From positions 2,418,001 through 2,482,000 of the forward strand of contig JASTWF010000036.1 of the NCBI GenBank assembly GCA_030390025.1: a DNA stretch of 64,000 nt. Reading direction: 5' to 3'. This DNA is from Squalus acanthias (taxonomy: Eukaryota). Shown one piece after another: positions 50,901 to 63,527 of this stretch (its first letter is position 1; every line of letters starts with the position of its first letter). The translations under genes were made by a program, and so were the position numbers. The notes under the pieces are model-generated. The model saw only the letters and a list, made by a program, of their open reading frames with translations. It made no database searches and was not told where the DNA came from.

Positions 50901-51827
50901 AGGAAGTGCCCGAGAATGGTACAGATTGGCTTGCTGGCTTATTCTCCTTCCCTCCCACCCCCACGAGGAACCATCACACCTCTCACCTGGGATATAGGGA
51001 TTACAAAATAAAATTAATAAATTTGACGAGGTTTGTGGGATATACCAATATGCTGGGCCATGGAGTGCAAGGATTTGACCTGTGATGCCCCACATGGTAA
51101 ATTCCTGATCTTGGCTGGACCAGATGTGTCAAGTGTAAGGTAAGGGCTTCCCCCATGGGGGAAACTCAGATGGAAGGTCACCAGGGTTTGCTGTTGAGTG
51201 CTTTCTCACAACCAGTTACAGCAGATATTGGCAGAGGGCTGGAAACAGGGGACAAGCCTACCTTCTAGCTGGGGAAATGGTGTTTGGGACTAGGGGACTG
51301 AAATAAGAGAAAATAATTGAAATATGAGGAATTCAAATACAACAGAAACACATTACAACAGCCAAAGACTTTACACTGTGCATTCACAAGAACAGATCCA
51401 TGCATAGAAGGACTAAACTTAAGACTTACAAAATACTATGAATTAGATGACCTTTTGATAAAAAAATATCTAAATATCTTCACTGATACAAGTTAAACCC
51501 AAAAATGTTCATTATATAATATCTATATAATTTATATAAACACTTGAATAGGGAGAATGCAGTAAGCGTAAAAAAGGACAGAAATAGGCCAGTAACTTTC
51601 AACTAGCCAAAAACTTTACATCAATTAGGCCATGTTTACGGAAATCAAGAACAGGCAGAGATATACTGCATCTCACAACCAAATACCTTGCCCCTCCTGG
51701 TTACCTAAATCTTTTGCAGCTTAATTGTTGTCTCATATTAGCCCTCAAAGAACTGAATTTTCTGTACAATTTCACAATTTCTGTCAAAACAATCATTTAC
51801 AAAGAACATGTTTTAGGGAGGATTTTT

Positions 51828-51969
51828 GGCCAGGAAATTCCTCGGAGCTGCTGCCGCTCGGCTGGCGTGACTTTGCCTGAAGTGCATCAGAAACCCTGTT
51901 TATCTGCACAAATGGGGTTTCCACCACACTTCCAGCGGAGTGGCAGCAGCTCCGAGGAATTTCCCAGCC
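51828..51969. mobile_element. MITE-like element with long TIRs
   Basis: GGAAATTCCTCGGAGCTGCTGCC.CTC at the left end and its reverse complement at the right end. Confidence 0.75.
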
Positions 51970-53383
51970 TTTGTCTCCATTAAAAAGGAGAGATGTTGAT
52001 TCTGAGAAATGAAACACTTTTGGTATTCTGTATCAGTATCAAGCACACAGGTCAGGTAATAGCAAGGTTACATGGAAAGTAAAGCTCCCTCTGTGCTGTC
52101 CCAACGTGTTCACCTGCACCCTCAGAAGAGCACCCACTACAGCACTAATACCTTGTTACTATTTTCCATCCCAGCCATTGGGTGGTTTCGGAGTGAAATT
52201 GCCAGTTTAACACCAATTGGGGGCAGTAGACTTGCGTCTAACAGGAACAGAATATATACTGCCCAAACTTATTTGAAGCCTTGACAGCCGGGAGAGAGGG
52301 AGGGAGAGAGGGGAAGGAAAAAAGGACTCATCAGTGTAGGCTGGATTCAAATCCAGGTCTCAGATGTGAAAAGGTTTTTTGTTGCACTACCCACTCCCCA
52401 AAAGGAATATTTTGTCATTATAACTTAAATGATATTCTGCCAAAAAGACTGCAATTATTATTTTGTATAATTTGGTGAAAAAAAATGCAAATTCAGTTCT
52501 TAAAAGGTTAAAATACAGGTTGTAATTTGGGCAACAAAGGAATCCTTGGTATTTTGCTATAAGTGCACCAAATAGTTTAAAGCACATTGGCAGGCATTTT
52601 TACGTATGCCGCATCTGTACTTCATGTCATCGGAGAGCAACATCTTTGCACCAGCTCCATGAGTTTAGATCACTAAATTCAGGTCATGTTTTTCAGCTCA
52701 GACCCATGTTTTTGTTGGATAAGCGATAAGGGAGCTGGCTTTAGCAATGTAAACATGGGGAGCTGACACGTGGATTCTGGTCTCCCATGATCCAAACTGC
52801 AGAAGCACAAAATATGAAAATGCTTTCTAGTTTCCTGGGCTAAGTCGCACCACCGGTGCTGTTTTCAGTTCATTTATAGCCCAATTATATGACACAACAT
52901 GTTTTGTGTCGATGGGAATCAGTTCCTGCTTTGCATCGATTGAAACGGTGTTGCAAATTCAGCGGAGAAGTTATCCAAAATGAGACCATCTTGAGGCAGG
53001 TGGACACCTCTCAGGCTTGCATCCCAACTGCAGTAGACTACAATCAGTGCAAGCAGATGTTTAAAAAGGTCCTAGATGGTCCATTGGATTTTCATTTTTT
53101 TAATTTAATTTATCTTTTTGTTGACTGTCCTTTTGACTTCTCTGTTAACACTAAAATGGAACCAGCACTTGGGTGCCAATGTGCATACACAGAGCTTCAT
53201 TTCCCCGTGTACAGAACTGGCAATGTAACTTGGGTCTTCCAGGCCCGTCGTCACTCTGAAGACCAATACCTGGAGCACAAACATGTACTTCAAGTCTGGC
53301 TAGAATACAAAAGAGAAAGATTTAGCATAACAACGTAATGCTTAACAACTGGCTCCTTTACCAGCGTTTGTTTAAGCCCTGGT

Positions 53384-53559
53384 CTTGAAATTATGCTATG
53401 AGATACTAGAGTAAAAATGTTTAATACGCTCTTCCTAAATTCTTATCTAAATACCATTTAAAATAGATAATTAACATCTCCGTTAAAATAGCAGAGATAG
53501 GAATTTAAGATGAACGTATTAAGCATTTGTACTCTGGTATCGAACAGCATAATTTTAAG
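53384..53559. repeat. Imperfect inverted repeat (65-nt arms, 46-nt loop)
   Basis: Arms 53384-53448 and 53495-53559 are complementary at 54 of 65 positions with no gaps. Confidence 0.85.
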
Positions 53560-56394
53560 GAGGCTCAATCTTTCAATCTAAGCTGACTGGAATGAGCATA
53601 GAACTTTTTAACTGAAATGAACCAATTGCGTATCTACAACAGTCCTCTTGTGTCGGGGCTTTACGATCCTTGTTTGAGTGTGATCTGGTCTACATATAGT
53701 ACGAAGCCAACATCCATTGAAACAGTTTAAGTTCATGCATTATGCTGGACATAATTAAAGAGACAGTATCCTTTATCATCTTGATAAAAATTAAATTCTC
53801 TTCATGCATCTTATTAAAATACTGTATTTACTAATGAGCTTCACCATCCTATTAAACAACGAAATTATACTCATGATCAACATCCTTTTGTATTTTTTCT
53901 GCCTCTTTCTTTCTTTTTGTTGTAAAATATATTTCTGTTTATATTATGAATGCTGATTACATCATTAGGGAAAGCGGTTTGAAAAGGGTACCTGAGCCTG
54001 ACAGTGCGAGGGTGCTGCTTTAATTCATCCGTAAACAGAGTGTTTTGAAAATTTGGGCAGAAGAAAAGATCGCAAAGAGTTCCAGTGACTTAATCGCTCC
54101 AGCAGGCCAGGTCAATGATTATGTTAATTCAGCTCCTGCTCACCGCTAGGCTCGGTAACCCCTTTGCATCAGTTCCCTCCCATAACAAACAGCAACCACA
54201 ATACATTTGAGCTGTTTTTAGACAGAACTGTGCTTTGTATCAACCAGGCCCCATGATGTCATCAGGGTTTGCTGGGTGAACAAAAATATATAAAAATAAG
54301 AAAATCGCAGATAAACAAAAGGATGTTACCAGGGAAACGGCTTCACTAGAAAGCATTTGGCAAACCTTTTTCCATTTGTTTACCAAGCATGTAAAGCAAT
54401 GCCATAAATTACACTGAAACCCAACACCCATCTCCTGACTTCCACCCCAATCAAACAAAGGTTTGCCAAACACTGTTCTGTGACGACAGTGGTCCTTGTG
54501 AAATGTATAACTCTTTGTAACTATTTCATTTTTCAAAAAGGGGTACTTGGTAGCAAACTGCTTTCTGGTGGATGTACTACTGCAGCAGTTTCTCAATGCT
54601 CCTTAAAAAAGCTCACACACAGTTTCCTGGGTTGAGAGAAATATCGGAGTGGTCCGAATAACATTACACAAATCACCCTAATGACTTAAAGTTACCAGTT
54701 TAGTTGGCACACCTTTAAAAAAAAATGGAAAATATTTTAAAATAACTTTACAAAGTAGTTATTTGGGGGCACATTAAATGACCTGTGTCCGTACAACCAA
54801 CTTTTAGCTAAATGCATAAAAATAGACATTGGTACTCTATTTATAGGACAGCCGTGCTTTTGGAAACAGCGCTGTAACATAAATGAGACATCACAAATGC
54901 CGATGGAGTCAATGAACACCACCACACAAATAATTTCATTCCTCGCCACCAAGGTTAAACAGCAGTGGCAAAGGTAAATGGCGCTGCAGTGCTACCTGCT
55001 GTCAGTGCCATCATTTTCACGTCCAAGATGAACCTTTCCCACCTCCACCCTCCTGCGACATCGGAATTGCAAAACCACAAACGCAATTTTAGAACAACTG
55101 CACGTGTGCAACATTGCACTGGAAGCAGTTCTCCAACATAAATGAGGTATAAAACTATCTGCAAAGTGCAACACAAGATTAATGACATCAACCACAATGC
55201 TAAAAATTGGCTTTTTGAAACAGGTCAGGTTTTTGAACCAGGGCTTACAAAGCACAAATGAAAAGGATACTGTCTGTTTAAATCATGTTATTAATGCAAA
55301 ATTGCTAGTTTTATCTATGTTTAAATTATTTTCCATGCTCCATGCTTCAGATTGTAAGCTTCAGTAAGGCTATGTTGGCATGCTAGTTCTACAGATATAG
55401 ACCTGAAGGTACATGTGCTCACTAGATGAGGGAGATAGAAAGAGACAGAGAAGTGGGGAGTTAAATGCTGGTTGCAGGATCTCAGAAAATGCCGTAGAAT
55501 ATAATCAGTACTAATTCTGAACAAATGTCCTTTTTCCACCCAAACAATTTGGAATCACATTACTTTCTTGATTCCTGGATTACAGTATTATCAAAGGAAG
55601 AAATGCCAACCGAGCAATTATGGGGCACTATGACTGATCTCAGTTGGAGTGAAATTGCAGTGTGCGATATTAGTAAATTCAGTAATCTTGCGTTCTCAGT
55701 GAGGAGCCATGCTCAGCGGGATTGTGGTCAGAGATAGGGCTACAACACTGAAGCGTCGACTCTCAACTACGTTTCATTTGAGCACGGCTCTTTACTGGGA
55801 GTGTAAAATCATTGAATTTATCCTTTGGTGATTTCCTTGTACATTAGTGTGTTAATATGTCATTTGTTTCTCATTAGTTGTAAACTGGTTTTTGCCTTGC
55901 TTTCATTCCCAACTTGCTCTTCATGAGGAAGGATACATCACAAAAAAAGCTTGGCCCGTGTCTAGCTTTTATGATGTAGCAGATCCATAGAAACCATTAA
56001 GAAGAGGGAGGAAGAGTCAGTCTACTGAGACAGTCCATACCAGTTCCAAAATGCTTCTTATAGGCCTGTAATATTGTTTAGTGTTTACAATTATAAATTA
56101 GGCAGTGGGCTAGAGATCGGTGAAGGAATTTCCTTTGGGTGGAAAAGGGTTCAGATTTCTATCTGGAGATTAATCATCCTAGGTCATTTTCAGAAAGGGG
56201 TGTTTTTATAGGTTCCCAATTCAGCACGTTCACTACTAGGTAATAATTTGGACTTAGGAGAAGCGCATGTAGGTTCTGTTGCACAAACCAACTTCCATTC
56301 CTAAATGGCATCCTCTGTCGGGAAGGGCGGCATACATAAGTGCGGAGTGGTTAGACCGCCATGCCTAAACTGATCTACTCATTGGCTTCCTTAC

Positions 56395-56778
56395 ACTGTC
56401 ATCAGTAGCTGCCTTATCTATTATCACCTCAGGCAGTAGTCGTCCACCAGGTAGGGTAGCTCCTGGGCCACCGATAAGCGAGACCACACCATTGCAGTCC
56501 ACTGTGCTGTTCCTTTTCACATTGACTGGAAGAACAGGAAACATTTTTGACGACTTGCTGGGTTGACTGTAGCCACTGTAGCTATTCCTCCTGTTGGGCT
56601 CCCTGTTTGGGACAAATAAGGAATTCTTCCGATTGCCATCTGTTTCTTCCACCGTGCTGTGTTCGTCATCAGCAAATTCAGTTTCCGAACCGGGTTCTTT
56701 CCGATCTCTAATACTGAAAATACTGCTTTTGCTGTCGAATCTAGTTAGGTTTGGGGACCCCAAAATACTCAGTTGAGA
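56395..56778 (-). CDS. SCN8A: Nav1.6 DI-DII loop exon, long form (SQLSILGSP...[12 protein letters not shown]...[19 protein letters not shown]...[16 protein letters not shown])
   Basis: 384 nt. Acceptor TTGCAG|TCT. Distal donor AGT|GTAAGG ends the exon at 56395; proximal donor GAG|GTGATA ends it at 56428. Confidence 0.93.
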
Positions 56779-59700
56779 CTGCAACAAGAAGAACAATTAC
56801 ACATTTCAACTATTAACATAACAATGACTCAACAATAATGACTCAAAAACATCAGTAACATTTTTTAAGATGACGTTTGTGCTCATCCAGGCGAGGGATC
56901 GGAGTGCTTGGGAATGGAAGACTTTATCTTTGTTACGAACTGGTAAATCTAACAAATTTAGAGGGATTCACAATACCAAGGGCCCTTTTAAATTTATTTT
57001 CCCACTCTTCTGCCAAAGGCACTGATAATAATTCCACAAGTACTTTTCACCCTCCAGTGTATCACCCAAGTGACCATTATTCACGTGTTAGTCTGGACAA
57101 TGAGTGCCAGCAAAGCAGTTTAACCATCACAGCTGGGCCTGATCCCCTTCTCACCTGATGTCCATGTACATTCACTTTCCAGCAAGGGTCACGAAATCAC
57201 GATAAGGAGTGAGAACTCGGACTAGTTTTTTTGTACCCTAGTCCATGGGTACGGAGACTAATTGTAGCAGCCCCTCCTGCCGTCCCATCTAAGATCAACT
57301 AACTCAGTATAAAATGGGAATAAAACCTTGGACCTTCCTGATGGCCATGGCTCAGCTCCACAATGGGCAATGCAATGACCAAATGAGCCATCGGGGGAGC
57401 TATCTACATGACACACCGACACTCTTGCATTCTCTCCTCCTCTGTAATGGCAATAAGAGGGCAGACAGAAGTGAAGGCAATTTATTTATTTTTGGTTTGT
57501 GAACGGTCACTTTTTCAGTCCCTCGTGGGCTGATGTCACTTGATGGCCGAGAGCAACATTCACAGGAGGGTGTTGAAAGGGTCTGGGATATGAGTTTTGC
57601 AGAAAAATCTAATTATTACAAGGTTATACTAAAATACCAACCTGTATGGTGTTACTCACAGATAAAAGAACTGATGGTAATAACATTTAGCAAAACAATT
57701 ATCTATAGACTAGAAGCCTGGAAATTAAGCTGTGCAATATAATCATTGGAACACTTGATGCATTGTATGGAATTGCTTCCTCTACTATTACAACAGAGGT
57801 TCTAACACATTTAAAGCAAACAGATTAATTCCTCTGTTAAAATAATTGGATTTCATACAACTGCATTGAGAATTTGTATGATAATATTCGCACACAATTT
57901 CAAGGCCACATTGTCTATTATAATCTAATTCTTTGAGTTCTGAAATGGCTTTTCATTTTTTTTTAAATAACCAACACTTTTCCTTCAATATATTAGCAAA
58001 ATAATTTCTCGATTTTGAATAAGGAACTGGAAATGAGACAATAAATAGAATAAATGAATATTGTCTAATTCATATGTTGAAATAAATAGAGAGGTTTGTT
58101 TTCTCCTCTTTAGGCCTTACCACACAATGTAGTGTTTTCCCAGCTAAGAAAGTGAACATGCAACCTGTCCCCAAGTTTCAGCTAGTACGAGAAGTTCTTA
58201 ATTATGGATGAATGACTCACTGTGAGAAATTGCATAGCTTCTGCCTGCTGCCTCCTCCAACAGTTCAGCTGAGATTGGGAAGTCACAGTACAGTGAATTG
58301 TTGACGTTAACCTGTGCCCTGTCACACTGTTAAAACGCATTGCAGCACCAAGCCCTCCAATCTGGTGATTTTGATGCTGAAATGTGACTCCAGTGTCCAG
58401 AGTCACTTTTCATAGACCAATGTATTATTACAATACAGAACAATAACTCAGTGAAAGAGCGGAGGTAGTACAGTGGTAAAATGGATTACTTTGAAATGCA
58501 GTGACTTACTGTTTGTGAACGTTCTCTTTCTTTGCCACTTTTGCTAGCATTCCAGAATACCAGTGCGGCGCTCAGTGATGTGTGCAGAAAGGTATTGCAT
58601 TTGCTAGTGATATCTTTACAGCAGAGTTAGCAGAATGTTTGCACTAAATTGCATGGAAATGCCATGCAGAGCATATTGTACATACATAAAGGGAGATTTT
58701 CCTGGGTTGGCACCCAAATGTACTGGATTGCCTGGGCACAGCGGATATCAGAAAATCAGCCAGGTTGGAGTGTGTGTCTGTAAAGGACACTGCCTGATTT
58801 CCTGACATTTGCTGCACCCAGCTGATCCAGTGCAACTGTGTGCAGACCCAGGAAAATCTCCCCGATTGTGGCATCATCAACTTCTTTGCATGTTGAAGAT
58901 TTTGCAGAATTTCAGAGTTGTTCCGGTCTTCGGCAAACCATTACATCTTCAGTTCTTTAACCTATCTTGGGCCTTCGCTGTCTGTGGCAAACATTTACAT
59001 CTGATAAAAGTTCAGGAAATTGGACAAGTTGGTCTGATTTAACCATGCTTCAACACCACAAAAGATGAAGAAAACTAGAAATGAAAAATGGGCAGGTGAT
59101 TCATCGGCAGGTTACTGCCCAGGTGGCGAAGTTGAAAATGACCCCCGATATGTTTGACTGACTGCAATATATAGAAGCCTCTGCAACACAATTGGTTGCC
59201 ACGCTATCAGAGATACAGAACTCCATTTTGCTGCAGACTTGCATTGTGACCTCACCATGAATGATCGCCAAAATCATTCAAGTGATAGCCACAATCACTC
59301 GATTACAGTTATTATTTCCCTTCGGCAACGTTAGTCCAGGTGTGTATCTTCAAAATACTGTTTCATTAACAAATCACGTGCCAAATGGAAGCTCCATAAA
59401 ATGGGTGTAGCTAGCAAAAAAAGATAAAGTTCCTATCCATACAGTGAGTGAGAAATTCAGGAAATGTTTGCTGAAAAAAATTAAATTCAAATATCTAAAC
59501 TATTACATTTATACAGTAACCATGAGTAAAAAGAAACGAAACATGAGATGTTGGAAAATAATTTTTTTCTGTCCCTTCAAATTGGGAAATTAAACAGTTT
59601 GCCTTTAATGCCTGGTTTTCATGGGTGGAAATACCACTGGAAAAACAAAGAATGATCTCGTTAGCATGCTGGATGCACGCTTAATTAGGTTATTTGATCA

Positions 59701-60300
59701 AAATAAGTTGGAGTGAAGTACAAGGGTGTACAGCCAAATTGAGAAAAAGCAGCCCCCATTTGCCCGACTTGCATTGCTGATAGAGGCAGTATATCAACTC
59801 TATTATAGTCTCAGACTGCTGGTCTATAAAGGATTGGTGTGCACAGAACACAATGTGCCACCACTTTTGTTTTTAAATATGATGGGTATAATGTCCCAAT
59901 TGAAGAGTTGGCCATTGGTCACTTCTTGTATCTGTCCAGGAACACAAGACAGGTGTCAAACGTATATCCTCTGTTACGGGAACAGTAGTCAAGTTCTGGA
60001 AAGAATTAAGAGTTGTTGAAGGGAAAGGACGTGCTTGGCATCAAAGAGGAACTTGAGCTTCCTGGAGGTAGCTTTAACAATGGAGGAGATGTGGGAGTTC
60101 CATTTCCCATCAGATAAAATAGCGATGCGAAGAACCTCAACAAATGGAACAAATGAAATAGTTGGTAGTTGATAACTGTTAGCTCAACTTGTGAGAGACA
60201 TGCATCCAAAAACTTGAGAGGTATTTTCAACCCAAAAATAAGCACATTCTACTGACGTCTACCATGGAAAAATAGAGATACTTGTCCTTCATGCCCCCGA

Positions 60301-60632
60301 TGGGGTACGGTAGCATAGTGGTTATGTTACTGGACTAGTACGCCAGAGGCCTGGACTAATGATCCAGGGATATGAGTTCAATTCCCACCATGGCAGCTAG
60401 TAATGGTGACCTACCGGATTGTCATCTGGTTCACTAATGTCCTTTAGGGAAGGAAATCTGCCGTCCTTACCCGGTCTGGCCTGTGTGACTCCAGACCCAC
60501 AGTAATGTGGTTGACTCTTAACTGCCCCCTGAAATGGAGACTCACCACCACCTTCTCAAGGGCAATTAGGGATGGGCAATGAATGCTGATCTTGCCAGCG
60601 ACGTCCACCTCCCATGAATGAATAAAAAAAAA
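60301..60632 (+). mobile_element. tRNA-derived SINE with LINE-derived 3' tail
   Basis: A-box-like GGTAGCATAGTGG and B-box-like GAGTTCAATTCCC. Central GGAAGGAAATCTGCCGTCCTTACC domain. The tail matches the LINE at 11708-12358. Confidence 0.85.
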
Positions 60633-60944
60633 TGTCTATTGGTAAAAATAGCCTCTCTTTACTACGAACACTGGTGATAGCAATAATCCTAAATCTATCT
60701 TTATTGAAGAATTTATTTATCTTTCTGACATACAAAACAGATCAGAATCTGACCAACAATTTTGGGACATAGTGGTGAAAATACTAGCAACTTCTTTCTA
60801 AGCCAAGTACGACTTCTTCAGTAACCAAAGCTAGACTGTCTGGTGTACATTTGTAGTGGTGGCCTGCACTGGGGCAAACTCATCTCCCAATGACTCATCC
60901 GCTATGCAATTCAGGAGAAAGTGTCTTCTTGGCATTAGAGTCAC

Positions 60945-62560
60945 TGGCGTAGAAATCCGATCAGAACCGTGTGCGTGAAGGCAGGGCATGCATTACATGC
61001 GCCCATTACAATAGACTCAGGCAACATGTAATATTCATGCTGCCTGATCATTTTAATCACGCAAGCGTGCAGCCTGTAGGAGGGGCTGGTTAGCGGGGAA
61101 TGCCAGCACCTTAAAGGCAGCCAGCACCTCATAAAGGGGATGTGCACTCTGGCTGCAGACACCAGGGAAACACTTTTGGAAGCAGAGATATGGTTGAAGC
61201 AAGTGCTGAGAGCACCAAGGTTCTCCGATGCTGCCCTGGAGGCCCTGGTCTAGGCAGTGGACAGGAAGAGGGATATCCTCTATCCTCTCCCCCACCCCAC
61301 CACCCAAGAGGCAGGAAGCCCTCCTGGCATCAACTACACCAGCAATGGGAAGAGTTTGCAGAGTATGTGAATGCCAGGAGTTTAGCACCCAGTACTTGGC
61401 TGCAGTGCTGGAAGAAGTTCAATGACCTCACTAGAGTCGTTAAGGTAAGAATAGTGCTCTCTTACTCTCTGCTCACAGCTCCACCACCTCCAGCCTCACT
61501 ACTCAAGACTCTCAGCACTCAAAAGATTCCCCTCCCCCACTTCCCTTCACTCTCCTAAAATCTTCGCTTCACCTCCTTCTCCTCATACTCACACACACAC
61601 CACTATTACAATCTTCATTTACCCACACATCACATCTGACATACTGGCTACCAACTATTCCACATTGACAGACACATTCTCTGAACACCTCACAAAACTC
61701 TCACTAACACACTCCCTTCTTTCTTGCAGAAGAAAAATCGCCCACAACTCAATACTCCGAGCCCACCTGCCCACCTTTACTCCCCTCGAAGAAAACATCC
61801 TGGCCATCACGGTCAGGGGCAGAGTCGAGGCCATGGTGACGCGAAGGAGACTTCGTGCAGGGTTTCTTCACAGCTCATCCTCTTTGTCCCTTCTGTCTAT
61901 CTCACCCCCACACACTCTGCAGGACAAACTGCAGTTGCTTCACCACCCACTCATCTCTCTGCTCTCCCTCCATACCACAAGCTAACCCTTGTCCCTCTCT
62001 TTCATTTCAAGTGCTGAGAATGTGGAAACCCCTGCGCCAGTGGAGGAAGAGGAGGCCAGCCTTCCTAAAGATGTATCATCTCTCAATCTGATCCATGCAA
62101 GCACCAGCTCTGAGATTGGCACCATGCGGACTTTAGTGGCCAGGTTAGAAGAGGGGTCTTCATGTAGTGAATCACTGGGCACAAGCATGCAGGAGCCAGG
62201 CCAAGGGGATAGGATGCCGCAGGTGCCAGCTCGCCAGAGGGCGAGATCACAAACTAGTTCTGCTAAAGAGGACTCAGATGCTGACTTTGAGGGCCCAGAC
62301 TACTGAAGAAGGCTGATGGGCGTACACCAAGAAATGCTTGGTGCACTGGGCAGCCTGCCAGCGAGCTTGCCCGCAGTGGCTCAGTACATGGAGGAGTCCA
62401 GCTCCAACTTGTCTTAAGGCTTCTTGCAGAGCATGGAGACCATTCTGTCCAACAGAGAACGAGTGGATAACTCCATTAACACCACAGTGGCATCCACCAT
62501 GATGGAGCCTCTCCTGACAGCTCTCACTGCTGCCATGGAAGCTCATACAGCTGCCATCAG
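60945..62560 (+). mobile_element. Harbinger-like element relic carrying an intron-containing Myb/SANT-like gene
   Basis: RAPRFSDAALEALV*AVDRKRDILYP ... WLQCWKKFNDLTRVVK. Donor AAG|GTAAGA at 61444/61445, branch CACTAAC, acceptor TTGCAG ending 61729. Stops and frameshifts present. Confidence 0.75.
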
Positions 62561-63248
62561 CTTTTCTATTATGTATGCTTTCTACGCGGATAGTAACCCG
62601 TTAAAATGGAGAACAGAAGTGCAGCTTCTGTTACCAACACACTGCACCAAGAAATGACAGTTTACCATTTCAGGCCTGCAATTCCTCGTCCAGCAAGTTC
62701 CCAATCTCAAGCAGACCATTACGAGACCTTCCAAGAGAAAGCTTGGCATTACTTCACAGGAAGAATGTATGGCCAGGCAGCTCAGGACACTATGACATTC
62801 CACCTGGCGTCTAGCAACATCGGTGGAAACCTTGGTATAAGGTTACCTGCCAAATTCAGATTGTGTGGTAAGGAAAAACTTAAAGATGGGAAAGCATACA
62901 TTGCGGAATTTTTGAAGTACAATGACAACCAGGATCTGTAGTACTCTGGAGTTTCAATATGCAGAATCCTCTGCTGCTGAGGAATTTTGATACTGCATTC
63001 AGAGGTGACGATACAAACTGTTTTACTATAATTAGTTCACCAATCTTATTGCTAAATTCATTATTCCATAATTTTATTTAACTTTTTCTTTAGCAGCAGT
63101 GATGTCAAAATGCGACTGAGCAATATATGCCCAATGATCTATCACCATAGAATAACCATTAGTCAGCTGGGCCAGTTACTTAATTGTGATTGGTCTCCGG
63201 TTGCATCACATAGCATAATAACCAGAATAAATCGAGAAATCACTGTAC

Positions 63249-63527
63249 CTGATTCATGGGGTATTTCATTCCGTGTGTTAAATGCCTGCCCCTTTTACTG
63301 ATTCCATTGTCAGATTCTGATTTTAAAATCTTTTCATGGTCTCCTTTCTCTTCCCCCTCAGAGTGTCCTCTTGTTTGCTTTCGCTTCCTCCGCCTGTTTC
63401 GTCTTTCCTTTGCACTTTTTGAACTGAGTTTTGACAACTCTGATGAGCTTTGTGACATTCTTCCTTCTTCATCTTCGTCAAGTGCATCTTCTGAAACGGT
63501 CCCTGCAGAGGTAGCTGCTGCAGCAGC
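63249..63527 (-). CDS. SCN8A: Nav1.6 coding exon, start of DI-DII cytoplasmic loop ([51 protein letters not shown]...MNQ)
   Basis: 279 nt, phase 0/0. Acceptor TAGCAG|GCT, donor CAG|[16 protein letters not shown] and [15 protein letters not shown] match vertebrate Nav1.6. Confidence 0.93.

Noticed and set aside
56820-56850. Two TGACTCA (AP-1-like) sites near an acceptor
   Set aside because: Explained by a small local duplication (AATGACTCAA twice); there is no other evidence of enhancer function.
60301-60395. tRNA gene
   Set aside because: A and B boxes are present, but I could not fold a full cloverleaf and the sequence continues into a SINE body and LINE-like tail.
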